A stretch of 64,000 bases of DNA from Dehalococcoidia bacterium (GCA_964291495.2 OZ219871.1:1088001-1152000), one strand, 5' to 3'. Counted from the first letter of the stretch, positions 51,785-61,788 are shown. Notes: a model not told the origin generated them from the letters alone. Program-made: numbers and translations.

Positions 51785-52210
51785 ATGGCGAAGCGAGTAC
51801 GCGCACTGGTCAAGTTGCAGATCCAGGCGGGGCGGGCGAACCCCGCGCCGCCGGTGGGCACCGCGCTGGGCCCGCACGGCATCAACATCATGGACTTCTG
51901 CAAGTCCTACAACGCGCGCACCCAGGCGCAGCAGGGCCAGATCATTCCCGCCGTCATCACCATCTACGAGGACCGCTCGTTCAGCTTCGAGCTGCGCACG
52001 CCGCCCGCCTCGGACCTGCTGCGCAAGGCCGCCGGCGTCGACAAGGGCGCGGCGAGCCAGCTCACCGAGGTGGTCGGCTCCGTCACGCAGGACCAGGTGC
52101 GCACCATCGCCGAAACCAAGCTCGTCGACCTCAACACCGACGACATGGACGCCGCCATGCGGATCATCGAGGGCACCGCGCGCTCGATGGGAATCGAGGT
52201 GATGCCGTAA
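51785..52210 (+). CDS. rplK: 50S ribosomal protein L11
   Basis: [19 protein letters not shown]. Confidence 0.98.
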   Translation: MAKRVRALVKLQIQAGRANPAPPVGTALGPHGINIMDFCKSYNARTQAQQGQIIPAVITIYEDRSFSFELRTPPASDLLRKAAGVDKGAASQLTEVVGSVTQDQVRTIAETKLVDLNTDDMDAAMRIIEGTARSMGIEVMP

Positions 52211-52926
52211 TGGGCAAGCGAGGCAAGCGCTACGTCGAGGCCGCCTCGAAGGTGGACCGCCACGCGCTCTACCAGCCGGATGCGGCGCTCAGCGCCGTGA
52301 AGGAAACCGCAACCGCGAAGTTCGATGAGACCGTCGAGCTGCACCTCCGCACCGGCCTCGACGGCCGCCACGCGGAGCAGCAGATCCGGGGGGCCGTCAC
52401 CCTGCCGCACGGCCTCGGCAAGGAGCAGAAGGTCGCCGTCTTCGCCGAGGGCGAGGGCGCGATGCTCGCCAACGAGGCCGGCGCCGACCTCGTCGGAGCG
52501 GACGACCTGATCGCGCGTGTCTCGGACGGGTTCACGGACTTCGACGTCGCGCTCGCGCAGCGCGAGCTGATGGGCAAGGTCGGCCGGCTGGGCCGCATCC
52601 TCGGACCGCGCGGCCTGATGCCGAACCCGCGCAACAACACGGTGCTCGAGGCCAACGACATCCCGCGCGCCGTCAAGGAGGCGAAGTCCGGCCGCGTGGA
52701 GTACCGGCTGGACAAGACCAACTACGTGCATGCGCCGATCGGCAAGGTCTCCTTCAGCGAGGAGCAGCTGATGGAGAACCTGAGCGCGCTGCTCGGCGAG
52801 ATCGTGAAGTCGCGGCCCACGGATCTGAAGGGCCAGTACATCCGCGCCGCCACGCTGACCTCGACGATGGGGCCGGGCGTGCGCGTCGAGCTCGGGCCGC
52901 TGCTCGCGCTCGGCGCCGAGGGGTAG
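52210..52926 (+). CDS. rplA: 50S ribosomal protein L1
   Basis: KFDETVE, LGPRGLMPNP, STMGPG. Confidence 0.98.
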   Translation: MGKRGKRYVEAASKVDRHALYQPDAALSAVKETATAKFDETVELHLRTGLDGRHAEQQIRGAVTLPHGLGKEQKVAVFAEGEGAMLANEAGADLVGADDLIARVSDGFTDFDVALAQRELMGKVGRLGRILGPRGLMPNPRNNTVLEANDIPRAVKEAKSGRVEYRLDKTNYVHAPIGKVSFSEEQLMENLSALLGEIVKSRPTDLKGQYIRAATLTSTMGPGVRVELGPLLALGAEG

Positions 52927-53015
52927 GCGAAGCCCGGCATACCACCCGGAGACACGGGCGCTCGCGCGTAAGCGCGGGCGCGGTGGAGACTGTACCGGCG
53001 CCCACGGGGCGCGGA

Positions 53016-53087
53016 CACCGGAGACCACGGGTTCCGGACGGGCGCACCGCCCGGCGGAAGAATGGCCGCAGGCCGCCCGTGCAGGTG
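53016..53087 (+). promoter_or_regulatory. L10 leader (autogenous rplJ-rplL control RNA)
   Basis: CACC-GGAGAC-CACGGG...CCCGTG-CA-GGTG kink-turn-like motif between rplA and rplJ. Confidence 0.7.
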
Positions 53088-53140
53088 GGATCAGGCGACA
53101 CGGCGACGCGCCTCCGGCCAGGCCCGGATGGCGCGGCGCG

Positions 53141-53167
53141 AACGCCCTCCCGCCGGAGGGCGTTTTG
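53141..53167 (+). terminator. Terminator hairpin in the rplJ leader
   Basis: AACGCCCTCC-CGCC-GGAGGGCGTT-TTG. Confidence 0.65.
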
Positions 53168-53200
53168 TTCGCCCTCGAACGCAGCAGGAGAGGAGGCGCG

Positions 53201-53734
53201 GTGCCTACGGAGCGCAAGATCGCGCAGGTCGCCGAGCTCAAGGAGCTGATCGAGGGCGTGAACATCGCCATCGGCACGGCCTACCAGGGAATCCCGGTGC
53301 CGGACCAGACGCAGCTGCGGCGCGCGCTGCTGGCCGAAGGCGCCACCCTGCGCGTCATCAAGAACACGCTGCTGCAACGCGCCGCCGAGGAGAGCGGGCA
53401 ACCGCTCTTCGCCGAGCTGGCGCAGGGCCCGACAGCGCTCGTCACCCACCCGGACGACCCGGTGGCGGCGGCGCGAGCCGTACAGAACTACCGCCGCGAG
53501 AACCCGCAGACGCCGTTCGAGGTCCGCAACGCCGTCGTCGACGGCCAGCTCGTGGACGCCGCGTACATCGCCGATCTGGCGACGGTGCCGCCTCGCGAGG
53601 TGCTGATCGGGCGCATCGCGGGCGGGCTGACGGGCAAGATCGTCGAGCTGATGGGGCTGCTCGAGGCGTCGACTCGCGAGCTCGCGGGGCTGATCGACGC
53701 GCGCGCGGAGCAGCTCGAAGGAGCAGAAGCGTAG
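53201..53734 (+). CDS. rplJ: 50S ribosomal protein L10
   Basis: [19 protein letters not shown]; AGGAGG RBS before GTG. Confidence 0.95.
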   Translation: MPTERKIAQVAELKELIEGVNIAIGTAYQGIPVPDQTQLRRALLAEGATLRVIKNTLLQRAAEESGQPLFAELAQGPTALVTHPDDPVAAARAVQNYRRENPQTPFEVRNAVVDGQLVDAAYIADLATVPPREVLIGRIAGGLTGKIVELMGLLEASTRELAGLIDARAEQLEGAEA

Positions 53735-53795
53735 GCGCGGCGGCGCGCCAACGGAGCATTGCCGCCCCGATGGGCGGTTCGGAAGGAGCACGAGG

Positions 53796-54182
53796 ATGGC
53801 TAAGGTCGAGGAAGCCCTCGAGATCATCAAGGGCATGACGCTGCTCGAGCTGAGGGATCTCAACAAGGCGATCGAGGAAGAGTTCGGCGTGACCGCCGCG
53901 GCGCCCGTCGCGATGGCCGCCATGCCCGCTGCGGACGGCGGCGACAACGGCGCGGCCGCGGCCGAGGAGCAGTTCGAGTTCGACGTGATCCTCACCGACT
54001 TCGGGGCCAACAAGATCAACGTGATCAAGGCGGTGCGCGAGCTCACCTCGCTCGGCCTGAAGGACGCGAAGGACGTCGTCGAGTCCGCTCCCAAGGCGAT
54101 CCGCGAAGCGGTGACCAAGGACGAGGCCGACGCCGCGAAGAGCAAGCTCGAGGAGGCCGGCGCCACCGTCGAGGTCAAGTAA
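53796..54182 (+). CDS. rplL: 50S ribosomal protein L7/L12
   Basis: [33 protein letters not shown]. Confidence 0.98.
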   Translation: MAKVEEALEIIKGMTLLELRDLNKAIEEEFGVTAAAPVAMAAMPAADGGDNGAAAAEEQFEFDVILTDFGANKINVIKAVRELTSLGLKDAKDVVESAPKAIREAVTKDEADAAKSKLEEAGATVEVK

Positions 54183-54286
54183 CGGCACATCGTCAGCCGC
54201 TCGCGGCCGGCCGCCTGCGCCAGCCTGCCTGACGCAGGCCAGGCAGGGGGTCCGGCCCGGCAGCGGCTGAGTGTGAGGCTGGCCTT

Positions 54287-55055
54287 GTGGAGTGCTTCCT
54301 CTGCGAGCGCGAGGCGGCGCGAGAGTGCCCCCGCTGCGGTCTGCTCTACTGCATGGAGCACGGCGACGTGCTCTGCGAGCGGTGCATGGATCCGGCGCAC
54401 GCCCTGCCCTCGCACCGGCTGTATCGGGGCGCCCTGTTCGCGCTGGTGGCGGCCAGCGTGGTCGCGCTCTGGCTGCTCCTCTGGCCCTCGCTGGAGGGCG
54501 GCGGCGACGCAGCGGACGACGCGGTCGCCCGCCCCACGCCGAACCCGGTGATCGCGGTGGTCCCGTCGCCGACTGCGCCGCCGACTCCCGTCACCGACGC
54601 GACGCCGACCGCCACGCCCAGCCCCACGGTGGCCGCCACGCCGAGCCCGCTCGCCACGCCCACGCCGACCGCCACGCCGACTGCCTCGCCGAGCCCCACC
54701 GCGACCCCGCCTGCCTCGCCCACGCCGACGGCGACACCAACTCCGACCGCTACGCCGACGCCGACTCCAACTCCCACGCCGACGCCGACTCCCACGCCGA
54801 CGCCGCACCCCCGAACCGACGCCACGTGTGCCGCGGACCGCCTACATCGCGAACGTGGGGGCCGGGGGCGTACTGGAGCGCAGCGACTGCATCGACCAGT
54901 CCCGCGTGGTCGGGAGCGGCTGGTTCGACGGCGACGAGGTGACGGTCGAGGAGGAGGGTTCCGAGCGGTGTGAGGGCTGGTCCCGCATCGTCAGCAACGA
55001 AGACGAGCGGGAATCCTGGATACTCAACGAGTATCTTTCTGACGAAGCACCGTAG
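54287..55055 (+). CDS. Membrane-anchored protein: B-box-like Zn finger, TM helix, Pro/Thr linker, SH3-like C-terminal domain; frameshift near 54806
   Basis: CFLC..CPRC..C.EH..CERC; TM; (TP)n; second frame [26 protein letters not shown]. Confidence 0.65.
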
Positions 55056-55068
55056 GGAGCGCCGGACG

Positions 55069-55563
55069 ATGATGCGCCACGAGATCATCGGCGAGATGCC
55101 CGGGAACCGCCTGACGCTGCTGCGCATGGTCCTCATGTACGCGCTGCTGACGGCCGGCGGCGGGAGCATCTCGCTCGTCTCCCTGCGCGCCGTCCTCGGA
55201 GGCTCCTACGGCGCGCTCATCCCGCTCACGATCCTGCTGCTCGTCACCGGCGCCTCGCTCTTCCAGCTGATCACGGCGCTGCTCGATCTGCGAGCGGAGC
55301 CGACCTTCACGCGCGGCCAGGTCGCCCGCCTCTGGACGAAGGGCGGCCTGTTCTGGTTCTTCCGCTCGCACTACGCGATGGTCAACCGCCAGGTCTTCGT
55401 CATGGCGGCGGACGTGTGGGTCCAGCTCGAGGAGGAGAACACCGTCGAGCTGCACCACTGGCCGCACACACGAACGCTGATCCGCGCCGTGCTGATCAGC
55501 GGCGATACCGACGAGCTTGTTGAGGGTGAACCCGTATCCCCCCTCGAGGACTCCCTGGCGTGA
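55069..55563 (+). CDS. Hypothetical membrane protein (2 TM + soluble tail)
   Basis: RBS GGGAG; stop overlaps the radC start. Confidence 0.7.
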   Translation: MMRHEIIGEMPGNRLTLLRMVLMYALLTAGGGSISLVSLRAVLGGSYGALIPLTILLLVTGASLFQLITALLDLRAEPTFTRGQVARLWTKGGLFWFFRSHYAMVNRQVFVMAADVWVQLEEENTVELHHWPHTRTLIRAVLISGDTDELVEGEPVSPLEDSLA

Positions 55564-56288
55564 CGGTCTCCGAACCGGATCCGGGGGCGCCCGCATACCG
55601 GCTGCGCGTCTCCGATCTGGCCTCGGGCGACCGTCCGCGCGAGCGGCTCGAGCAGCTCGGCGCGCAGGCGCTCACCACCTCGGAACTGCTCGCGATCCTG
55701 CTGCGCACCGGCACTCGCGAGGAGGGCGTGCTGCAGCTCGCGGAGCGCTTGCAGCGGGAGCACCGTGGCCTGCGCGGGCTGGCAGGGGCGGACATCGCCG
55801 AGCTGTCCGCGATCCGCGGCCTCGGGCCCGCGAAGGCGGCGACGATCGCCGCCGCCTTCGAGCTGGGCCGGCGGCGCGCCATGGAAGGCGACGACGAACG
55901 CCCCCTGATCGGCTCTCCCGAGGATGTCGCGCGGCTCCTGCAGCCGGAGCTGGAGCTGCTGCCCCAGGAAGAGTTCCGCGTGCTGACGCTCGACAACGGG
56001 CATCGCGTGCTGGCCAGCCGCATGCTGACCCGCGGCTCCGTCAGCAGCGCTCCCGTGCGGGTGGCCGAGGCGTTCCGCGAGGCCGTGCGCCGCAACGCGG
56101 CCGCGATCGCCGTCGCACACAACCACCCCAGCGGCGACCCCGCGCCGAGCCCGGACGACGTCGAGACGACACGCGCCCTCGAAGCGGCCGGGGACCTGCT
56201 CGGCATCCGGGTGCTGGACCACGTCGTGATCGGTCACGGCCGCTGGATCTCGATGCGCCAGCGCGGGCTCGGCTTCAGCTCGCCGTAG
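55560..56288 (+). CDS. radC: RadC family JAB-domain protein
   Basis: RPRERL, ELLAILL.TG, GLGPAKA, HNHPSGD..PS..D, LDHVVIG. Confidence 0.95.
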   Translation: MTVSEPDPGAPAYRLRVSDLASGDRPRERLEQLGAQALTTSELLAILLRTGTREEGVLQLAERLQREHRGLRGLAGADIAELSAIRGLGPAKAATIAAAFELGRRRAMEGDDERPLIGSPEDVARLLQPELELLPQEEFRVLTLDNGHRVLASRMLTRGSVSSAPVRVAEAFREAVRRNAAAIAVAHNHPSGDPAPSPDDVETTRALEAAGDLLGIRVLDHVVIGHGRWISMRQRGLGFSSP

Positions 56289-56384
56289 GCGCGCCCGCCC
56301 GAGCCGCCCGCAACGGGCGGTCCCGAGCAGCGGCGCGTGCTACGATCTTCGCGCTGCCGGGGCGGGGCGGCGCAGCGGGGTCTG

Positions 56385-56933
56385 ATGCAGCCGTTGCACT
56401 GGCTCGATCTCGTCATCGTCGCCATCATCGCGTGGCTGACCCTGCGCGCACTCTCGGTCGGACTGATCCGCGAGGTCGTAACGGCCGTCTCGGTCTTCGG
56501 CGGCGCGATCCTCGCCGGACACTTCTACGCCGAGCTGGCGGACGACATCGCCTTCGCCATCGAGGATGAGACATGGCGGGAGTTCGTCGCGTTCGCGGCG
56601 ATCTTCGTGGGCGCGATCGTGATCGGCCAGATCGCGGCCGTGCTGCTCCGTCGCGCCTCCAGGCTGCTGCTGCTCGGTACCGCGGACCGTGTCGGCGGGG
56701 CGGTGTTCGGCTTCGTCACGGGTCTGATCGTCGTCGAAGTGTTGCTGCTCGCGGCCATCACCTTCCCGGTCTCCGGCCACCTCGATGCGGCGATCGAGGA
56801 CTCCACGCTCGCGCCCGCCTTCATCGAGGGCCTGCCGGTGATCCAGCGGCTGCTCCCGCAGGAGTTCGAGGCGGCGGCGGAGCAGTGGTCCGAGATCGTG
56901 GATCTCGGCAAGGCGCTGACGCCGAACCCCTGA
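56385..56933 (+). CDS. cvpA: CvpA family membrane protein
   Basis: WLDLVI, GLIRE, DRVGGAVFG. Confidence 0.88.
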   Translation: MQPLHWLDLVIVAIIAWLTLRALSVGLIREVVTAVSVFGGAILAGHFYAELADDIAFAIEDETWREFVAFAAIFVGAIVIGQIAAVLLRRASRLLLLGTADRVGGAVFGFVTGLIVVEVLLLAAITFPVSGHLDAAIEDSTLAPAFIEGLPVIQRLLPQEFEAAAEQWSEIVDLGKALTPNP

Positions 56934-57026
56934 GCGCTCCCCTCGAAGCGCGCCGCGGGCGGCCCGGCTGCTGGCCCTGCGGCCCCAATCCACTACACTG
57001 GCGTCCGAGGTGGAGAGGCGGAGGCG

Positions 57027-57566
57027 TTGCTCGACCGGCACGCGCTGGTGCTCAACCAGGACTACGAGCCACTGAACGTCTGCGGCGTCAGGCGCGCCTT
57101 CGCGCTGGTCTTCGGCGGGCGCGCGGAGTTGCTGGAGGCCGGCGTGGAACCGATCCGCGGTGTGGACCGGGAATATCCGGCGCCCTCCGTGATCCGGCTG
57201 CGCCGCCGCGTGCGCCGTCCGCGCCCGCAGGTGCGGCTGACGCGCCGCGAGGTCTTCGCCCGCGACCGCCAGCGCTGCCAGTACTGCGGGAACGGACACC
57301 AGGACCTGACGCTGGACCACGTCGTGCCGCGCCGCCGCGGCGGCTCGCACGTCTGGGAGAACATCGTGACCGCCTGCCAGCCCTGCAACCATCGCAAGGG
57401 CGGCCGCACCCCGCGCGAGGCGCGCATGCGGCTGCTCTCGCAGCCGGTGCGGCCCCGCCTCTCCGTCGCGCAGCAGCTCGCCGAGCACCTCCAGCGCTAC
57501 GAGGAATGGCGGCCGTTCTTCCTCGGCTGGCTCGACCGGGAGACGCAGCGGGCGCTCGCGATCTGA
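57027..57566 (+). CDS. HNH endonuclease (widespread McrA-like family)
   Basis: LVLNQDYEPL, PSVIRL, RD..CQYCG, TLDHVVP, WENIVTAC..CN.RKG. Confidence 0.92.
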   Translation: MLDRHALVLNQDYEPLNVCGVRRAFALVFGGRAELLEAGVEPIRGVDREYPAPSVIRLRRRVRRPRPQVRLTRREVFARDRQRCQYCGNGHQDLTLDHVVPRRRGGSHVWENIVTACQPCNHRKGGRTPREARMRLLSQPVRPRLSVAQQLAEHLQRYEEWRPFFLGWLDRETQRALAI

Positions 57567-57663
57567 CCGCGGCCGGCTCGCCCGGCGGGATGGGGCGTGA
57601 GCGCACGAGGGCGTATGCTCTCCTGCGGCGCCGGACGCCGCAGCACCACGAAGGGGAGCGCCC

Positions 57664-58134
57664 GTGAGCGTCGCGCAGCGACTCGATGAGCTGGGGATCG
57701 AGATCCCGCCGCCTCCGCCGCCGGTCGGCATGTACCGCGCCGCGCTGCGCAGCGGCAACTGGCTGATGGTCTCCGGTCAGCTCCCGATGCGCGACGGCGC
57801 GCTGGTGAACCCCGGACACGTCCGCAGCGACGAGGACATCGACGCCGGCCGCGAGGCCGCGCGCGTCGCAACGTTGAACGCGCTCGCCGCCGTGCAGGCG
57901 ATTCACGGCAGCCTCGAGGGCCTGCGCGTCGTGCGGCTCGTCGGCTACGTCGCCAGCGCCCCGGACTTCGCGGCCCACCCGGCGGTGGTGAACGGCGCCA
58001 GCGAGTTGCTGCTGGACCTCTTCGGCGACGACGCCGGTCTGGGCACGCGGCTCGCGATGGGCGTCGCCGCGCTGCCGCTCGGCGCGGCCGTCGAGATCGA
58101 CCTGATCCTCGAGGACATGGAGGCAGCGGCATGA
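57664..58134 (+). CDS. RidA/YjgF family protein
   Basis: VSGQLP, NGASELL..LFG, R.A.GVAALP.GAAVEI. Confidence 0.92.
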   Translation: MSVAQRLDELGIEIPPPPPPVGMYRAALRSGNWLMVSGQLPMRDGALVNPGHVRSDEDIDAGREAARVATLNALAAVQAIHGSLEGLRVVRLVGYVASAPDFAAHPAVVNGASELLLDLFGDDAGLGTRLAMGVAALPLGAAVEIDLILEDMEAAA

Positions 58135-58655
58135 CGACCGGCGACGAGCGCATCCTGGTCCAGAACCGTATCGACTTCGTCACGGGGGCGGTGCGCCGCT
58201 ACCTGCCGGACGCCGACGCCCTCACCCAGATCGCGGGCGAGGTGCAGGCGCTGATCGCCGGCCGCAACGGCTCCTCGCTGCGCAACGCGCCCGCCGAGGG
58301 CGAGTGGTCCGCGCTGCGCACGCTCGGCCACATGATTGCCTACGCCCGCGTCCTCCACGACCAGCTCGACCGCATGGCGCACATGACGGACCCCGTGCTG
58401 CCCATGACCGACGACGCGGAAATCGCCGAGCGGGAGGACTGGGAGTCGCGGGATCCCGAGGAGTTGAGCAGCCTCTTCGCGGACGCGATCGGCGAGACGG
58501 TGGAGCTGCTGAAGCACGTCCCGGACTCCTCGTGGGGCCGGGCCGGGCTGCACCCGATGATGGGGCGACGCTCGATCGTCCAGCAGGTGCGCGGCGCCAG
58601 CGCGCACCTGCGCAGCCACGTCGAGCAGATCGAGGCGGCAGTCGCCTCGGCGTGA
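58131..58655 (+). CDS. DinB family protein
   Basis: PAEGEWS..LGH, W.R.G.H, H..SH..QI. Confidence 0.8.
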   Translation: MTTGDERILVQNRIDFVTGAVRRYLPDADALTQIAGEVQALIAGRNGSSLRNAPAEGEWSALRTLGHMIAYARVLHDQLDRMAHMTDPVLPMTDDAEIAEREDWESRDPEELSSLFADAIGETVELLKHVPDSSWGRAGLHPMMGRRSIVQQVRGASAHLRSHVEQIEAAVASA

Positions 58656-58731
58656 GGCCTGTCTACATTCAGGTTCGTGTCCGGGTAGGAGTCTAGCTGC
58701 AGAGCCGATCGCCACTCACCCAGGTGCGCGG

Positions 58732-59095
58732 CTAAGCCGTGGGTTGGATCTGTTCGGTGGTGAACGGAATACGCCCGAGTTCGTGACCATCGACCCCGAT
58801 GTGGAGGGCGTACCTGCCAAAGTGCGGGAACTCTATGCCAACCATGTTGGCGACGACTGGTGGTCGCCTCGATGGCTCCTTCTTCTCTAGGGATTTTTAT
58901 CGGGAACTCGACAGGGGCAAGGATGTCTACACCATCAGTGTCGATCAGGCTGAGGCGAACCGTCTTGGTACCCGCCTCTGTGACGCTGGCGCGGAGCCTA
59001 GCGAACAGGGAAATCCGCTCGTGGACGAACGGAGCCGCGTGAGCAAGAATCCGGTCGAAGCCGATTCCCCTTGCCGCTCAGGGATTCGTAGGTGC
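58732..59095 (-). pseudogene. Degraded DUF6941-like beta-sandwich protein
   Basis: Frames join as ..SGK/IGFDRILAHAAPFVH..KTVRLSLIDTDG../VVANMVGIEFPHFGRYALHIGVDGHELGRIPF; two frameshifts, no start codon found. Confidence 0.55.
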
Positions 59096-59109
59096 CTGGT
59101 TCTATATTC

Positions 59110-59889
59110 CTAACTCCCGCAACTGTCGATGTTCACCTGGGCCGGTGTGTCGAAGAGCTGCGAGATGTCGAACGTGAGCGTCGGCGTCTCGGGCGTGCGG
59201 ATACGCAGCGTCGAGCCCCCGCGCAAAGCGTCGATGAACGCGCCGGTAGCCGCCCGATCCTGAAGGTTCGGCGTCAGGCCGTGCCCGAGGTCGCCGAAGG
59301 CGTCCCACCGCCCAGATTGTGGGGACTGTCCGTCAACCCGGTACGCGACCGACACCTTTCTCGTCCGCGAATGGTACTCATCGGTGGACAGCCACACGGC
59401 CACGTACCCACGAGCGCTGGAGCAGTTGACGACCAACGATGCACTCTGGTCGAGCCCATAGTCATCAACGTACGGCGTGATCACCATCACGAAGGTGGAG
59501 AAGGTGTCTGTCAGTTCGTCGCGGTCCGTCCAGTAGTGAACCTCGCCCAGCGTACCCTCTCCCTCGAATGGCGCGGATGGCGTCCGTCCAGGGGTGGCCG
59601 TGCCCGTCGGGGCTGACGAGGTCGTTACCTCCACTGTGATCGGGATGGTCGAGCTATGCAGCCAGCGGCTGTGTCCCGGATCGGCCGGGAAGTACCGGCG
59701 GGCCGGCAGTATCCGCTCCTCCCACTCGTCACCGTCGCGAGGCTGGAGGGCAAACTCCGTGCGCCCATCATCGAGGCGCCGGGCAACGATGCGGACCTCG
59801 TACGTCTTCTCGATGGTCTCGGCGATCACGCCTCCGGCCAAGCCGAGCAGCGTGGCGGCGAGAACGGCGGCGAACAGAACGCGGCGCAT
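59110..59889 (-). CDS. Secreted two-domain hypothetical protein
   Basis: Signal peptide MRRVLFAAVLAA..; EVRIVARRLDDGRTEFALQ domain; linker; C-terminal beta-rich domain. Confidence 0.8.
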   Translation of the reverse strand: MRRVLFAAVLAATLLGLAGGVIAETIEKTYEVRIVARRLDDGRTEFALQPRDGDEWEERILPARRYFPADPGHSRWLHSSTIPITVEVTTSSAPTGTATPGRTPSAPFEGEGTLGEVHYWTDRDELTDTFSTFVMVITPYVDDYGLDQSASLVVNCSSARGYVAVWLSTDEYHSRTRKVSVAYRVDGQSPQSGRWDAFGDLGHGLTPNLQDRAATGAFIDALRGGSTLRIRTPETPTLTFDISQLFDTPAQVNIDSCGS

Positions 59890-60134
59890 GGGTGCCTCCC
59901 TGCGGGTGATCGAGGTACCGACTCACCACAAGCAGCACACAGCGCTTCGCCGCAAGGGAGGCATGCGACCTCGACCGTGCGAGGCGCTGCGTAGGCTGTG
60001 GTGAGCCGGGCCGCAGGATAGCAGACGAGCGGGCGGGGTGTGCTACCATCCGCCGCCGATGGCTCCGGCGAGCCAGGGCCTGTGATAAGGTCTTTTGGAG
60101 TGGCGGGGTCTTGTACCCCGAAGGGGCGGCCACA

Positions 60135-60317
60135 ATGGATCGAAGCAAGCTGACAGATGCCGAGTTCGACGAGAGACTGCGCCAGCGCGTGCGCGAGGGC
60201 ACGCCGATGACCGCCGAGCAACGCCGGGAGCAGCGCATAAACTACGTCTACGGCGAAAGAGTGGGCAGGACCAAGCTTAGCCGGGAGCAGATCGCACAGA
60301 TCGTCGATCAAGCCTAA
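60135..60317 (+). CDS. Small protein upstream of Fic, putative antitoxin
   Basis: 60 aa, MTAEQRREQRINYVYG..LSREQI; stop lies 4 bp before the Fic start. Confidence 0.65.
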   Translation: MDRSKLTDAEFDERLRQRVREGTPMTAEQRREQRINYVYGERVGRTKLSREQIAQIVDQA

Positions 60318-60321
60318 CCGC

Positions 60322-60918
60322 GTGGACATCTCGACCCTCACAGGTCTTGATGAGAACCATCCCACCTATGACAAGGTGGCTACCGCCAACCTGAACAGGC
60401 TGCATGGTCTCATGGAGTCGATGGTCGAGGCTGCCTTGGACCTCAAGAGGCCGATGGTCACGCATCATCTCATCAAGGGCCTCAACTCCCACGCGATAGC
60501 GGGCCTACACTCGGCTGCGGGGCAGTACCGCGCAACCAGCATTCACGTTGGCCAGCCCGGCCCTGACGCCTACATACCTCCGGAGCCTGGGCTCGTTCAG
60601 GTCTTGATGGACGACTTTGTCCGTGAGGTTGAGGATCGGTGGGAGTCGAGTGATGCGGTTTCCCTCGCCGCTTGGGTGCTGTGGCGCATCAATTTCATCC
60701 ACCCCTTCGTCAACGGAAACGGTCGCACCGCGAGAGCCGTCTGCTACTACATCATTTGCGCGAAGATCGGTGGGTGGCTGCCTGGTGAGATCATTCTCCC
60801 GAACCGGCTGAGGCAGCACAGGGAGGACTATTACAAGGCGCTGAGGTCCGCCGATGGCGGAGAGATCCAGCCGCTCACCGAGCTCGTCAAGAAGCTGCTC
60901 GACGCACAGCTCACCTGA
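60322..60918 (+). CDS. Fic family protein (putative AMPylating toxin)
   Basis: AGQYR, HPFVNGNGRTAR, YYKAL..AD.G. Confidence 0.92.
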   Translation: MDISTLTGLDENHPTYDKVATANLNRLHGLMESMVEAALDLKRPMVTHHLIKGLNSHAIAGLHSAAGQYRATSIHVGQPGPDAYIPPEPGLVQVLMDDFVREVEDRWESSDAVSLAAWVLWRINFIHPFVNGNGRTARAVCYYIICAKIGGWLPGEIILPNRLRQHREDYYKALRSADGGEIQPLTELVKKLLDAQLT

Positions 60919-60942
60919 ATGTAGCCGGACCCGGCGCCCGCG

Positions 60943-61788
60943 CTACCCGCGCTCCACGGGCAACTCGGGACGTACTGCCCACTCGGACCAGGAGCCGTCG
61001 TAGTTGCGCGCCTGCTCGTAGCCGAGCAGCTCGTACATCACGAACCAGGCGACCGCCGAGCGCACGCCGCCGCCGCAGTACGGGTAGGCGGCGGCCGAAC
61101 CATCGACACCGGCCGCCGAGAAGAGCGCCAGCAGCTGCTCCAGCGGGAGCAGCCGTCCGTCCTCGCGGACCAGGCGCTCCCACTCCAGGTGCACCGCGCG
61201 CGGGATGCGCCCCATGCGCGGCGCCTCGGCGTGCCCGTGCGCCTCGCCCAGCCACTCGCCGTCCGAGCGGCAGTCGACGATGCGTGCCGGGCCGCCCTCG
61301 GCGGCTGCGAGCACGTCGCCCGCCAGGGCGAGGATCGAGGCGTCGGGCTCGGCCAGCGTGACGTCGCTCGGGCTGACGGGGGGAACCTCGGCGTCCACCG
61401 GCACCCCCGCCGCGCGCAGCGCCGGCACCGCGCCGTCTGCGAGGTGCACGCGCGGGAAGCGGTAGTAGCGCAGCGCCCAGTAGGCCCGCGCCGGCCAGGC
61501 CGAGCGCGCGCCGGCCGTGCAGACGATGCGCTGCTCCGGCGAGACGCCAAGGCCCGAGAGGTTCGCCGCCATGCGCTCTGGAGTCGGGACCAGCGCGCGG
61601 ACGCCGTCGCGATCCTCGGTGAAGTCGCCGTAGCCGTGCGCGTAGACCGCGCCGCGCACGTGCGCCGCGTCGTACTCGCCGCGGTCGTTGGCGATGTGCA
61701 GTACGCGGAGGTCCGCGTCGTCGACGTGCGCCGCAAGCCACGCGCCGTCGACGAGCGCGGGCACGAAGTCGTCACGCGGTCCGCTCAC
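60943..61788 (-). CDS. Tandem-domain sulfurtransferase (rhodanese/SseA)
   Basis: HVRGA, GRIPRA, active site CGGGVRS, YDGSWSEW. Confidence 0.93.
   Translation of the reverse strand: MSGPRDDFVPALVDGAWLAAHVDDADLRVLHIANDRGEYDAAHVRGAVYAHGYGDFTEDRDGVRALVPTPERMAANLSGLGVSPEQRIVCTAGARSAWPARAYWALRYYRFPRVHLADGAVPALRAAGVPVDAEVPPVSPSDVTLAEPDASILALAGDVLAAAEGGPARIVDCRSDGEWLGEAHGHAEAPRMGRIPRAVHLEWERLVREDGRLLPLEQLLALFSAAGVDGSAAAYPYCGGGVRSAVAWFVMYELLGYEQARNYDGSWSEWAVRPELPVERG

Noticed and set aside
55560-56288. radC as marker of a mobile element
   Set aside because: Full-length chromosomal type with N-terminal HhH region, in a housekeeping neighbourhood
57027-57566. HNH as an RNA-guided (IscB/Cas9-like) or defence nuclease
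   Set aside because: Short protein of a widespread family, no RuvC motifs, no adjacent ncRNA or array, host-like GC and housekeeping context
58799-59113. Plus-strand 104-aa ORF
   Set aside because: Antisense to the more convincing minus-strand pseudogene
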